Shown: piece by piece, positions 1 through 9,764 of the stretch | Layout: every line of letters starts with the position of its first letter | How positions within the stretch are numbered: position 1 is the stretch's first letter | Source of the DNA: Bdellovibrionales bacterium | GTDB lineage: Bacteria > Bdellovibrionota > Bdellovibrionia > Bdellovibrionales > UBA1609 | Length of the DNA stretch: 64,000 bases | Direction of reading: 5' to 3' | Assembly: GCA_965219095.1 (NCBI GenBank) | Contig: CBDCMT010000001.1 | Coordinates: 1,568,001-1,632,000 of the forward strand | Position numbers and translations under genes: made by a program | The notes under the pieces: generated by a model | What the model was told of the DNA's origin: nothing | Seen by the model: the letters and a program-made list of their open reading frames with translations, nothing else | The model's database searches: none

Positions 1-7
1 CTATAGT

Positions 8-637
8 ATGAAAATTCTTAGTATTGATACATGTTCTTCTCAAGGAAGTTTAGCTCTCATAGAAGACAAAAAGGTTCTTCATATAAGTTCTTGGAGTTAC
101 CACGAAAAAAAACATAGTGAAAAGCTCATTTCTCTAATAGAGGATTTAAAGGAACACCTCTCCTCTCTTACCCATTTAGCTGTAACCTTAGGGCCTGGAA
201 GTTTCACAGGAATTCGTATAGGAATGAATGTGGCTAAAACAATAGCCTATAGCTTTAATCTACCTCTTTATGGGTTTCATTTTCTTGAAATCATGGCTTC
301 TTCTTTTTTAGATGAAAACAAGAAAGTTCTCTCTCTTTTAAACGCTCAAAAAAACCAACTATTTGCAGCTCTTTACCAAAAAAACAAAACTCTTCTTGAA
401 CCTCAAGTGATCAATTTAAACAACCTTCCTTCTGAAGCTCTTTATTTTGTAGGAAGAGATTTAGAAAAGTTTGAATTCCCCTCTTCTTGGAAAAGAATTC
501 ATGAAAAAGAACCTATAGCTTTAACCATGACATCCTTTCTTTCTAAAGGAAAGCTTAAAACTTTTGAAACCTTGCTTCCTATTTATATACGTCCTTCATC
601 AGCAGAAGAAAACTTAGCAAATCATGAAAAAAAATAA
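8..637 (+). CDS. tsaB: tRNA threonylcarbamoyladenosine biosynthesis protein TsaB
   Basis: N-terminal ILSIDT, HSEKL and GPGSFTGIRIG motifs; C-terminal LPIYIRPS. Confidence 0.93.
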   Translation: MKILSIDTCSSQGSLALIEDKKVLHISSWSYHEKKHSEKLISLIEDLKEHLSSLTHLAVTLGPGSFTGIRIGMNVAKTIAYSFNLPLYGFHFLEIMASSFLDENKKVLSLLNAQKNQLFAALYQKNKTLLEPQVINLNNLPSEALYFVGRDLEKFEFPSSWKRIHEKEPIALTMTSFLSKGKLKTFETLLPIYIRPSSAEENLANHEKK

Positions 638-1595
638 AATCTTTTTTAAAATTCCAAAACACTTATCCCATATAAGAGCTGACAAGGCTCTTAGTTTTTG
701 TCCTGATATAAAAACAAGAACAAAAGCTCTTTATTTAATCAAAACCTCTAAGATTTTTTTAAATGGTAAGAAGATAAAAGCTTCCCATAAAGTAGAAGAA
801 GGTGAAGTTTATGAAGTAAATCTTATCAAGAAGGAACCTTTAAACCTCAAGCCATACTCTTTGAATCTTGAAATTTTCTTTGAAGATGAGCATTTGATTG
901 TTTTAAACAAGCCTTCAGGTCTTGTCGTCCATCCCAGCCTAGGACATCAAGAAAAAACTTTAGTCCATGCTTTGTTAGCTCACACAAAAGATCTTTCTGC
1001 AGGTTTTGATAAAACACGACCAGGCATTGTTCATAGATTAGACAAAGAAACAAGCGGTCTCCTTGTAGTGGCTAAAACTTATGAGGCTCTTTACGGACTA
1101 GCTTCTCAATTCAAAAAAAGAAAAGTTAAACGGATCTATGAAGCTTTTATCTTAGGTCATTTAAATACCAAACAAGGAACTTTTAAAACCTATTTAACAA
1201 GACATCCTAAGGATAGAAAAAAATTTGCCTCCACTCAAGATATAAAAAAAGGAAAACTTGCTATAACACATTACAAAGTAATAAAAGAGTACCCTCAAGG
1301 GATTTGTTTTGTAAAATGCCAACTTGAAACAGGTAGGACCCACCAAATCCGCATTCACTTCTCTGAAACCGGACATCCTATTTTAGGAGACCAGGTTTAT
1401 AGTACAAATAAAATATGGCAAAAAATAAAGTCTGAGAAATTTAGAAAAGATATTCTCTCTTTTGAACGAATAGCTTTGCATGCAAGCCATATAGCCTTTT
1501 CACATCCCATAACAAAAGAAGTTTTAAGTTTCTTAAAACCATGGTCCCAAGAAAAGAGTTTAAAAAACTTTATAAGCACTCACTTAAACTCATAA
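624..1595 (+). CDS. rluD: RluA/RluD-family 23S rRNA pseudouridine synthase
   Basis: S4-like N-terminus, NKPSGLVVHP, catalytic HRLDKETSG, LETGRTHQIR, LHA motifs. Confidence 0.88.
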   Translation: MKKNKIFFKIPKHLSHIRADKALSFCPDIKTRTKALYLIKTSKIFLNGKKIKASHKVEEGEVYEVNLIKKEPLNLKPYSLNLEIFFEDEHLIVLNKPSGLVVHPSLGHQEKTLVHALLAHTKDLSAGFDKTRPGIVHRLDKETSGLLVVAKTYEALYGLASQFKKRKVKRIYEAFILGHLNTKQGTFKTYLTRHPKDRKKFASTQDIKKGKLAITHYKVIKEYPQGICFVKCQLETGRTHQIRIHFSETGHPILGDQVYSTNKIWQKIKSEKFRKDILSFERIALHASHIAFSHPITKEVLSFLKPWSQEKSLKNFISTHLNS

Positions 1596-1832
1596 TTATA
1601 TCTGTTATTTTTCTAGGACACTAGATCACAAAAAAAGATCAACTGATTAAAATACTTTGCTTTTTTGTAACTCGATTTTTAAACTGAGTTACGGAAAAAT
1701 CCATAACACAAGAAGTTATTTCCTTTTATTCTTTCACACAAAGTTATTCTTTTAACAAAGAATAGGAATCTTTTCCTTTGAAGTTAGAGGACAAGACTCA
1801 AAACCAAATAACAAAAAAGGAGGGACTTTGTT

Positions 1833-1959
1833 ATGAAAAAAACTAATACTAACATTTTTACTTTTTATGCCTTTCGGGAAACCTTCTTATGGGAGCTTTG
1901 TAAAGGCAGAAAATCAAAGCTTACTTTTACAAAGTTCAATGGAAATTACAATAATAATA
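1833..1959 (+). pseudogene. Frameshifted, truncated paralog of the secreted protein at 29178-30011
   Basis: Removing one A from the A7 run after ATG gives MKKLILTFLLFMPFGKPSYGSFVKAENQSLLLQSSME, alignable with MKKLILTFLFLMSLGGLSYGDVVEEGVQSLTLQASLE; upstream DNA is also homologous. Confidence 0.75.
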
Positions 1960-2128
1960 GTTTCCTCAAAAGAATCTGTGGGTTCCTGGAGATTCTTTTG
2001 AGGAAGCCAAAAGAACTCCTCACGGAAATCTGTGGGTAAAAGCACCTAAGAAACATCCTCCTCGTAGGAGTCAAGGGCTGTTAAAAACCCGACTTACCTT
2101 TTACCTACAGATTCTTTTGAGGAGGCAT
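1959..2128. repeat. Cluster of IS-end remnants (ISL3-like ends CCTCAAAAGAATCTGTGGGT and one end of the IS66-type MITE)
   Basis: Same motifs recur at about 29066, 30495-30580, 39983, 57872, 63245 and 63832. Confidence 0.7.
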
Positions 2129-2675
2129 ATTTTTAATGTCTTCATATTGGTCTTTATCTAACGGCTCAAATTTAATGTCAACAAACGAAAGATTAATTCC
2201 CAGACCTATCACTTTCGTACTGACATCATGAAGATCCACTCCATTTCCATTCATTGATAAAATTACACCAATACCAACTGCAAAATTCAAACCCAATTCC
2301 ACCCCCCTTAAAATGGCTAGTAAAAATATCTTGAATTTGATTTCCAGAAAGGAACCTTATACCCATACTTTTGTTAAGTTCAAGTATCCTCAAAAATAAA
2401 ATCTTGCCCCCTCCTACAAGAATCATTTTAACTGGTAAACGTATAGACTTCATATCCATTGATACAATCACCACCTCCCCCTCTACTTCATTAGTGTTCA
2501 AATAAAACCCAATATTATCTGTCGAATTATTCGAAAGCGGATATGGTTCAAAGTAAGCTTTAACAAGATGAGCTATTCTGTCTGTATGCTTATCTTTACT
2601 ATTCTCTATACTTTCACCTGCAAAAGAAGTTATAGAAAATAAAAATAATGATCCAAGAAAGATTATTTGTTTCAT
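2105..2675 (-). pseudogene. Hypothetical signal-peptide protein split by a frameshift
   Basis: ORFs 2226-2675 and 2105-2302 join if one G is removed from the G6 run at 2302-2307. Confidence 0.55.
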
Positions 2676-2689
2676 TTTTATCTCTCCTT

Positions 2690-4223
2690 GTAACTGCTCA
2701 CCTACATTGTTCAGTTATCCTTAACTTTAGACCTGTTTTAAGATAAAAGTCTTGCTCTTACAGATTTTCTTTTAAATACTCTTTTCAAATGACAATAAAT
2801 AAGACCTCCATCAGAAATGAGATTGAAAATATAAGAAGTGACTTTGATAAGCTTGCAAAGAAAGGTTCTGTGCCTACTGAGATTTCTGTGATTGTTGAAT
2901 CTCTCTTTAAGGTTGTGAACATTCTGATTGTTGTGTTTTTAGAAAAACAGGTTCGAAAAAATTCCAGCAACAGCGGTCTTCCTCCTTCGCAAGATTTTAG
3001 TCGTCAAGGGAATCGTAATAAGAAAGCTAGTGGGAGTCAGAAAAAGGGTTCTAGACTTGATAACAGTAAAGATACAAAACAGTGAGGAGACTGTCTCTCC
3101 CTCAGAGTGTTCTCAGTGTGGGATGTTTTTAAAGACAGCAGAGGTAAAAAGCCTTGAGAAGCGTAAAAAGATTGATATTTTTTATGAAATTCAGACCCAT
3201 ACTGTAACTTCTGAAGTTAAGAATTGTCCCTCATGTGGAGCTAGAAATAAAGGTCAATTCCCTAAAGGTATGAGTGGTCCTCTTCAGTATGGTATAGGCA
3301 TTAGAGCTTCCATCATCAATTTCATTATAGTTCAGATGCTGTCTTTTAGAGCGTGTTGGGGAACATTACATGGGGCTTATAGGTCGAATGATTTCTCCTG
3401 CAGTTATGTTGAGATACATTGCTGAATTAGGAGAGTTTCTTAAAAGTTGGGAAGAGCAGATGAAAGAAAAGATACTTGAATCAGAGGTCATTCATGTTGA
3501 TGAGACCTCTATGAGGGTTAAGGGTAAAAACTACTGGATTCATACTTATAGTTCAGGAGAATTAGTCTTGCAGTTTCTCCACCTTTCAGGTGGAAAGGAA
3601 GCCATAAAAGATATTGGTCTCTTGGATAGATATGCAGGAGTGCTTGTGCATGATTGTTGGAGTCCTTACTTTTGTTATGATAAGATAACTCATGCTTTGT
3701 GTGTGGCTCACCTTTTGAGAGAGCTTAAATTTATAGAAGAAAGCAATGGATTCAAATGGGCTACAAATCTCAAAAAACTTCTTAAAGAGACTGTGGAGCT
3801 AGTTCATAAAAAAGAGTCAAGAGTTCTGACTCAAAAAGAGTACGAAACTCTTCAGAGAAGGTATAGGAGTATTCTTACAAAAGGCTTAAAAGAGCTTCCA
3901 GAATTTCCTAAGAAAAATGGCAAGAAAGGACGAATAAAGCATACACAAGCTCAAAACCTTTGGCTGCGATTTAAAAAGTATGAAGCAGAAATACTGTGTT
4001 TTTCTAAAAGAAAGAACGTAGATCCTACTAATAACAGAGCTGAAAGAGATCTAAGAATGACTAAAGTGAAAAAGAAAGTGTCAGGGTGTTTCAGAACAGA
4101 AGAAATGGCGAAATATTTTTGTCGTATTACCAGCTATGTTAAAACAATGAGAAATAGAGGGTATTCTTCTTTAGAAGCCATCTCTATGGCTTTAAATAAA
4201 AACTTACGAGAGTGAGCAGTTAC
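2690..4223 (+). mobile_element. IS66-family element (compact ISBst12-like), copy 1, frameshifted transposase
   Basis: TIR GTAACTGCTCAC...GTGAGCAGTTAC; NSSNSGLPPS, Zn-ribbon, HVDET, LCVAHLLREL and TNNRAERDLR motifs. Confidence 0.93.
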
Positions 4224-4443
4224 TGTAAAGGAAGAGTCATTAAAAATGGAAAGGAAATGCAGGAAGTTTTTTCTTAGGTGATTAGAATATTCGTGACCGT
4301 ATGCAAAAAAAATTTTTATATTTTTTGTAAATGGAGAAGTGTTTTTTCTTTTTAATAAACACTCTAAAAATTTAACAGAGTTTGATTAAAAAGCTAGAAC
4401 GCTATGCGTTAAAAGAATGTCGAATTAATTTTTGGAAATGATA
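4224..4443. repeat. Composite repeat (end of an unassigned IS plus IS630 left end) shared with 9531-9764 and partly 48985-49112
   Basis: Reverse-complement similarity visible by direct comparison. Confidence 0.8.
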
Positions 4444-4486
4444 TTAGTCGCAAAAACACAGGCTTAATCGAAAAAAAGGGAAAATA

Positions 4487-4639
4487 CCCTTTGAGGCCTT
4501 AAAAACCAGGCCAGCTAAAGGGTTTAGAATTTGTCTCGGGAAGCTCACTCCTTCTGCAAGTACTTTAGGGTCACTATCATGTCTTAAACCAGTGACCTGT
4601 CTTTTTGATTTACCGTCGAATTAATTTCTGTAATTGGTA
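4487..4639 (-). mobile_element. Orphan IS110 5' non-coding segment fused to 25 bp of IS630 TIR
   Basis: Reverse complement matches 57815-58235 once the MITE there is removed. Confidence 0.75.
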
Positions 4640-4668
4640 TTACCTTAGATGTGTTGGAAAAAATCCTT

Positions 4669-4684
4669 TGTTCTACGTGGAACA
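4669..4684. promoter_or_regulatory. parS: parS centromere-like site
   Basis: TGTTCTACGTGGAACA, one mismatch from the palindrome TGTTCCACGTGGAACA, 130 bp upstream of parA. Confidence 0.8.
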
Positions 4685-4814
4685 AAAAACTTTTCCAAGA
4701 AAAGCTTATAAAATTTTTATTTTTTCTTTTGAAAAACGGCTCAATCCTGTGAAGCTTTCAATTTTTTTGAATAAAAACCTTGTATTAGAAAGGACTGGAT
4801 TATAATCTTCAAAC

Positions 4815-5639
4815 GTGCCACATCATAATACGACAAAAATCATCTGCGTAGTGAATCAAAAAGGAGGTGTTGGAAAAACAACCACTTCTGTCAACCTCTC
4901 TTCAGCCCTCAGTCTGTTGGGAAAAAAAGTCCTCCTTCTTGATTTAGACCCTCAAGGAAATGCTTCTAGCGGTCTTGGTGTGGATAGAAATGATCCTAGA
5001 GGTCAAATTTATCAAGTCCTTGTTGGAGAAAAGCATCTTTCTGAGCTTATTTACCCTACAAACATAGAAAACCTCTTTTTAACTCCTTCTAATATAGATT
5101 TAGTGGGAGCAGAAGTTGAGCTTATAGGAAAAAAAGACAAACAAGCACTTTTAAAAGAAAAAATAAGACCTTTATCTAAGTCTTTTGATTTTATTTTTAT
5201 AGACTGCCCTCCTTCTTTAGGCTTATTAACTCTTAATGCTCTTGTAGCAGCTCAGTCTTTCCTAGTTCCTCTGCAGTGTGAATATTACGCCCTTGAGGGT
5301 TTAAGCCAGCTTCTTTATACAGCAAGTTTAGTCGAACGAGACTTTAATTCTCATTTACAATTAGAGGGCATTGTACTCACTATGTATGATAGTCGCAACA
5401 ATTTAAGTGAACAAGTCAGAAAAGAAGTTCTTTCTCATTTTTCTGATAAAGTGTTTCAAACTGTCATTCCAAGAAATGTCAGACTCAGCGAAGCCCCTTC
5501 TCACGGAAAAAATATTTTTTCTTATGATAAAAAATGCTTAGGAGCTCAAAAGTATAAAGAGCTAGCCTATGAGGTATTAAATAAATATAGTTTAATAAAT
5601 GATTTTAAGGAGGAGTTTGATGTCTCAAGAAACGTTTAA
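4815..5639 (+). CDS. parA: Chromosome partitioning ATPase ParA/Soj
   Basis: NQKGGVGKTTT deviant Walker A, DLDPQGNASSG, IDCPPSLG, IPRNVRLSEAPSHG. Confidence 0.96.
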   Translation: MPHHNTTKIICVVNQKGGVGKTTTSVNLSSALSLLGKKVLLLDLDPQGNASSGLGVDRNDPRGQIYQVLVGEKHLSELIYPTNIENLFLTPSNIDLVGAEVELIGKKDKQALLKEKIRPLSKSFDFIFIDCPPSLGLLTLNALVAAQSFLVPLQCEYYALEGLSQLLYTASLVERDFNSHLQLEGIVLTMYDSRNNLSEQVRKEVLSHFSDKVFQTVIPRNVRLSEAPSHGKNIFSYDKKCLGAQKYKELAYEVLNKYSLINDFKEEFDVSRNV

Positions 5640-6513
5640 AGATAAAAAAAGAGGTTTAGGAAAAGGGTTGGATAGCCTTTTTAAAGAAACTGAAAAAATT
5701 TCAAAAAACAGAATACCTCAGCCTGCACTTTCATCAGAAGGCTATAGAAACTTAGAGCTTATAAAAATTAAAATCGATCTTGATCAGCCAAGAAAAACCT
5801 TTTCAGAAAAATCCCTTGAGGAGCTTTCTCAATCCATTTTAAAAAATGGAATCTTACAACCTCTTGTTGTTTCTGAAAACAAACAAGGCTTTTACCATAT
5901 TATAGCTGGAGAAAGACGTTTTAGAGCTGCACAAAAAGCAGGTCTTAAGAAAGTTCCTGTGATCATACGTGCTGTCGAATCAAAAAAAGAAACTTTAGAG
6001 GTTGCTTTGATTGAAAATTTGCAAAGAGAAGATCTGAATGTTTTAGAAGAAGCAGAGGCTTATGAAAAACTCATCAGAGAATATCATATGACACAAGTCC
6101 AAGTGGCTGAAGCTGTGAATAAGGAACGTTCTACTGTGGCTAACATTTTAAGGATTTTAAGTTTACCCTCATCAGTAAAAACCTACTTACAAAAGGGGGA
6201 GCTTTCTTTAGGTCAAGCTAAAGTTTTGTTATCTTGTCCTATAAAGGCTTTGCAAATAGAGTTTGCAAAAAAGGCCGTAAAAAACCAACTCAATGTGAGA
6301 AAATTGCAAGCTCTTGTTAGTTCGCATACGAAGAAAAGTTCAAACTTAGAGACAAAAAGAGATCTTTCTTTTCTTAAACCTTTAACTAATCAGCTTGAAA
6401 AAAAATTCCGTACAACAGTTCGGATCAACTATAGAGGAGGAAAAGGTACTATTGAAATGGAGTTTTATTCTAATGAACAATTAAGCGAATTAGTTAAGAC
6501 GTTAAGAACGTGA
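5620..6513 (+). CDS. parB: Chromosome partitioning protein ParB/Spo0J
   Basis: GLGKGLDSL, QPRK, GERRFRA, ENLQREDL, HTH; start placed at the ATG after AGGAGG. Confidence 0.95.
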   Translation: MSQETFKDKKRGLGKGLDSLFKETEKISKNRIPQPALSSEGYRNLELIKIKIDLDQPRKTFSEKSLEELSQSILKNGILQPLVVSENKQGFYHIIAGERRFRAAQKAGLKKVPVIIRAVESKKETLEVALIENLQREDLNVLEEAEAYEKLIREYHMTQVQVAEAVNKERSTVANILRILSLPSSVKTYLQKGELSLGQAKVLLSCPIKALQIEFAKKAVKNQLNVRKLQALVSSHTKKSSNLETKRDLSFLKPLTNQLEKKFRTTVRINYRGGKGTIEMEFYSNEQLSELVKTLRT

Positions 6514-6833
6514 GTGATAACATTACAGGTCTTTTAGAGAAGGGGGTTGTTTTTGAAGGGCGACTTAGTTTTGAAGGAACTGTACGAATTGGAGGAGAGT
6601 TGAAAGGAGAGATCATTACACAGGGAACTCTTATCATTGAAAAAGGTGCTAAAGTTGAAGCTCAAGTCCAAGCAAAAAAAGTTTATTGCTCAGGAAGCTT
6701 TTCAGGAGAAATAAAAGCCACCCATTCTGTTGCTATGTATGTCCCTGCTGTTTTTAAAGGGAAAGTCCTCTCCCCCTCTTTAAAAATTGAAGAAGGGGTA
6801 GTTTTTGAAGGATTCTCACAGAGGCTCTCTTGA
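6510..6833 (+). CDS. Bactofilin (polymer-forming cytoskeletal protein)
   Basis: Beta-helix repeats FEGRLSFEGTVRIGG ... IEEGVVFEG; coupled to parB. Confidence 0.88.
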   Translation: MSDNITGLLEKGVVFEGRLSFEGTVRIGGELKGEIITQGTLIIEKGAKVEAQVQAKKVYCSGSFSGEIKATHSVAMYVPAVFKGKVLSPSLKIEEGVVFEGFSQRLS

Positions 6834-6897
6834 GTCTATAAAGAGCCTGTAAATTAAATTGTATAACTACTGCTCCTTTTTATGAGTTTACTTCTTA

Positions 6898-7943
6898 ACC
6901 TGAGTTTCGACTTTTTTCAGGGCTAAAGGCTAGCTAATATAAACAAATACCTCAGACTTTTGTAAGATTTTCTTGAAAAAGCAACTTACAAGAAAAAACA
7001 CCTTGAGAGTTATAAAAAACATACAAGGAGGTCTTAAGATGTTTAATTCTAATTCTAATTATATCATATCAATTTATGTTCTTGTCGATGATTTTTTAAC
7101 CCCTCTCATACAGCAGCATCCAGAACTGGTTTGCCAAAAATAAAGGAGGTTTTTCTTCTGCTTATCTCCCAGAGAAATTATCACTCTCTATCTTACTTTT
7201 CCAAAGTTCTGGCTTTAGGAATTTTAAAGCCTTTTACCAGTTTGCAAAAGTCTATCTTAAATCTTATTTTCCTAAAATGTTGTCTTACTCCCGATTTGTG
7301 AACATCAAAAAAGACATGGCTTTTTTGATGTTTCTTTTCTCGACAAGCCTTACGAGTAAAACCACAGGCATATCATTTATTGATTCCACATCGATTTTTC
7401 TTCAAAAATAAAAGAATAGGACGAAATAAGGTGTTCTAAAAGTTAGCTAAAAAGAGGCAAAAGTAGTATGGGCTGGTTCTTCGGATTTAAACTCCATATT
7501 GTTATCAATCACCTAGGAGAACTTTTAAGTTTTACCTTAACTCCGGGAAATGTAGATGATCGAAAGCTAAGTTATGGATTTATAGTAAAGGGTTGGTGGA
7601 AAAACTCTTTGGGGACAGAGGTTATATTTCATCAGACCTTTTCAAAAAGCTTTTAAAGAAGGGAGTTAATTATTACAAACGTCAAATTAAATATGGAGAA
7701 TAAATTGATTCCCTTATTTGACAAGTTGATGTTGAAAAAACGTTCTGTTATGGAGGTCAGTGATTGGAGTGTTAAAAGGAGAGTTTCATCTTGAGCATTC
7801 TCGCCATCGTAGCCCATAAAACTTTGTCATCAATCTTTTAGGTACTCTCATCTCTTACTTGCTTAAAACCTAAAAAACCCTCCATTCAACTTAAAACTCA
7901 AAACAGGAGCTTCTGAACAATATATAAAAGTCGAAACTCGGGT
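6898..7943 (+). mobile_element. IS982-family element, degenerate
   Basis: TIR ACC(T/C)GAGTTTCGACTTTT; GWFFGFKLH motif; multiple stops and frameshifts. Confidence 0.88.
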
Positions 7944-8027
7944 TAATAGAAGTATCTGGGAGAAGTTTTGAAATACAAGAAGCCATTGAAAAGTGTATAA
8001 AATAAAGCACTAGAACAAAATAAAATC

Positions 8028-8063
8028 AACTCTTTATCTCCCGATATCGGGAGATAAAGAGTT
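8028..8063. repeat. Perfect 36-bp palindrome abutting the stop codon of 8064-9434
   Basis: AACTCTTTATCTCCCGATATCGGGAGATAAAGAGTT. Confidence 0.8.
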
Positions 8064-9434
8064 TTATAGACGCCCTTTATCATATTGATTCCAAAAATTA
8101 TACTTCCTTTTATTATTTTTTTTAATTTCTAAAAAATAAGCATCGTGAGTTTGAATTCCCATCCAATCCTTTATATCTTTACTAAGACTATCAAGACAGT
8201 GAAGGTAATCTGCTCCATTTTGATAGGCTTTTGATTTCCCTCCCTCTAAAATAGAATTCAATAAAGCACGATAGAGAATTGTTGCAATAAGAGGTTTTTG
8301 ATTGTGACTGAAAATATCGGCCCATATCGTAGGATTGTAGTGATTTCCATTAATATATTGTTTTCTGTTAAAGATATAATCACCAGCCTCATCAATAAGT
8401 TCTAACTCCAACATAAAATTAACATCTTCTATGTCTAACTGTTTATTTTGAAAGATAAGAGCAACTTCATTTTTCAAAAGCTTTTGTCTTTTGTTCTTTC
8501 CCTCAATAGCTATAACTTCATCAAACTTTTCCTTTGTTCGATACTCGTCGTCCCTAAAAGCCTCCCACACAATTTCTTTTTGTTTCTTTTTATCTCCTAA
8601 CTTTTTATAGATTTCTAATAAAAGCTCATTAACTTCATCAACTGAATCCCAGAAATTATCTTTATTAATTTTCTGTAAATAGGAGAGAGCCTTTTTAGGA
8701 TCACCGCAAAAAAGCCACATCTCTCCTAATTTAAAGAGGTCGATTTCATAATCGCTTCCACCTCCAAGCTTGATGACTTTTTCGTAGAGAAGAGGATCTT
8801 TCGTAGCCCATGCCATACGTTCTAACAAAGAAGTGCTACGTATTTTTTTAGATTTATAAAGCTTCCAAAGTTTATCTATAATTCTTCTTATCTCTTTTTC
8901 AGGTAGAAATTCGCCTACTTCGATGCTCAGTTCATCACGAAGTCCATACTCATCTTTAATAACCAAATTAAATAAAATATCAGAAACCCATTCTTTATTC
9001 TTACATTGTTTTGCATACTTTCTGAAAATATTTGCTGCATCACAGTTAAAAATGATTTCGATTTCTCCATCGGAATCATCACAAGATTCTATAATATTAC
9101 CGTCTGCCTCAAAGAACTCTTTTATTAAAGATAGACCCTCTTCAGGAGTAAGATCTGACTCTTTTAGATCAAACAACAGTTCCTCTAGTTGACGAGCAAA
9201 TGCCTCTGTATAATGTCTAGGAATAAAGATCTCTGTATATTTTTCCAGTTTTTTTCTAAAACGCACATAGTGTTCATCTTTTCTTGATGCTAGTCTTTCT
9301 AAAGTAGAATGAACATTCTCATTTTGAAGAGATGCCCTATAAAGGGTTTCAACAAGAATTTTCTTATCTAAATTTAAAAGCTTTTTACCTTTTCTGGATG
9401 AAAGAAAATTATTAACCGAGTCTTCTCTTTCCAT
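8064..9434 (-). CDS. Helical hypothetical protein (DUF6880-like)
   Basis: 456 aa with GGAG RBS; DDSDGE motif and C-terminal LYRALLNSIL...KAY..GADYL...H..Y...K.K..FW pattern. Confidence 0.55.
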   Translation of the reverse strand: MEREDSVNNFLSSRKGKKLLNLDKKILVETLYRASLQNENVHSTLERLASRKDEHYVRFRKKLEKYTEIFIPRHYTEAFARQLEELLFDLKESDLTPEEGLSLIKEFFEADGNIIESCDDSDGEIEIIFNCDAANIFRKYAKQCKNKEWVSDILFNLVIKDEYGLRDELSIEVGEFLPEKEIRRIIDKLWKLYKSKKIRSTSLLERMAWATKDPLLYEKVIKLGGGSDYEIDLFKLGEMWLFCGDPKKALSYLQKINKDNFWDSVDEVNELLLEIYKKLGDKKKQKEIVWEAFRDDEYRTKEKFDEVIAIEGKNKRQKLLKNEVALIFQNKQLDIEDVNFMLELELIDEAGDYIFNRKQYINGNHYNPTIWADIFSHNQKPLIATILYRALLNSILEGGKSKAYQNGADYLHCLDSLSKDIKDWMGIQTHDAYFLEIKKNNKRKYNFWNQYDKGRL

Positions 9435-9530
9435 ATTTACTCCTCCTTATGAAAGACTTCAACTAAAGATATCTCCGATTAGCTATAATCTTTTTCAAGC
9501 TCACACTTGTCAAGTTTTTTCTCTTTATAA

Positions 9531-9764
9531 TACCATTTCCAAAAATTAATTCGACATTCTTTTAACGCATAGCCTCCTGGCTTTTTAATCAAACTCTGTT
9601 AAATTTTTAGAGTGTCTATCAAAAAGTATGTCAAGAAAAAACACTTCTCCATTTACAAAAAATATAAAAAATTTTTTTTGCATACAGTCGCGACTATTAC
9701 ATCTAATCACCTAAGAGAAAACTTCCTGCATTTCCTTTCCATTTTTAATGACTCTTCCTTTACA
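9531..9764. repeat. Composite repeat, inverted partner of 4224-4443
   Basis: IS630 left end TACCATTTCCAAAAATTAATTCGAC plus the same unassigned segment, same junction to IS66. Confidence 0.8.

Noticed and set aside
2785..2970. Repeated 61-aa ORF MLEFFRTCFSK (also 11017, 32379, 41713)
   Set aside because: Antisense shadow of the IS66 transposase, conserved only because the IS is repeated
4605..4805. 66-aa ORF upstream of parA
   Set aside because: Spans an IS630 TIR and parS; no recognisable protein features
4640..4815. oriC next to parS
   Set aside because: No cluster of DnaA boxes seen and no dnaA or gidA nearby
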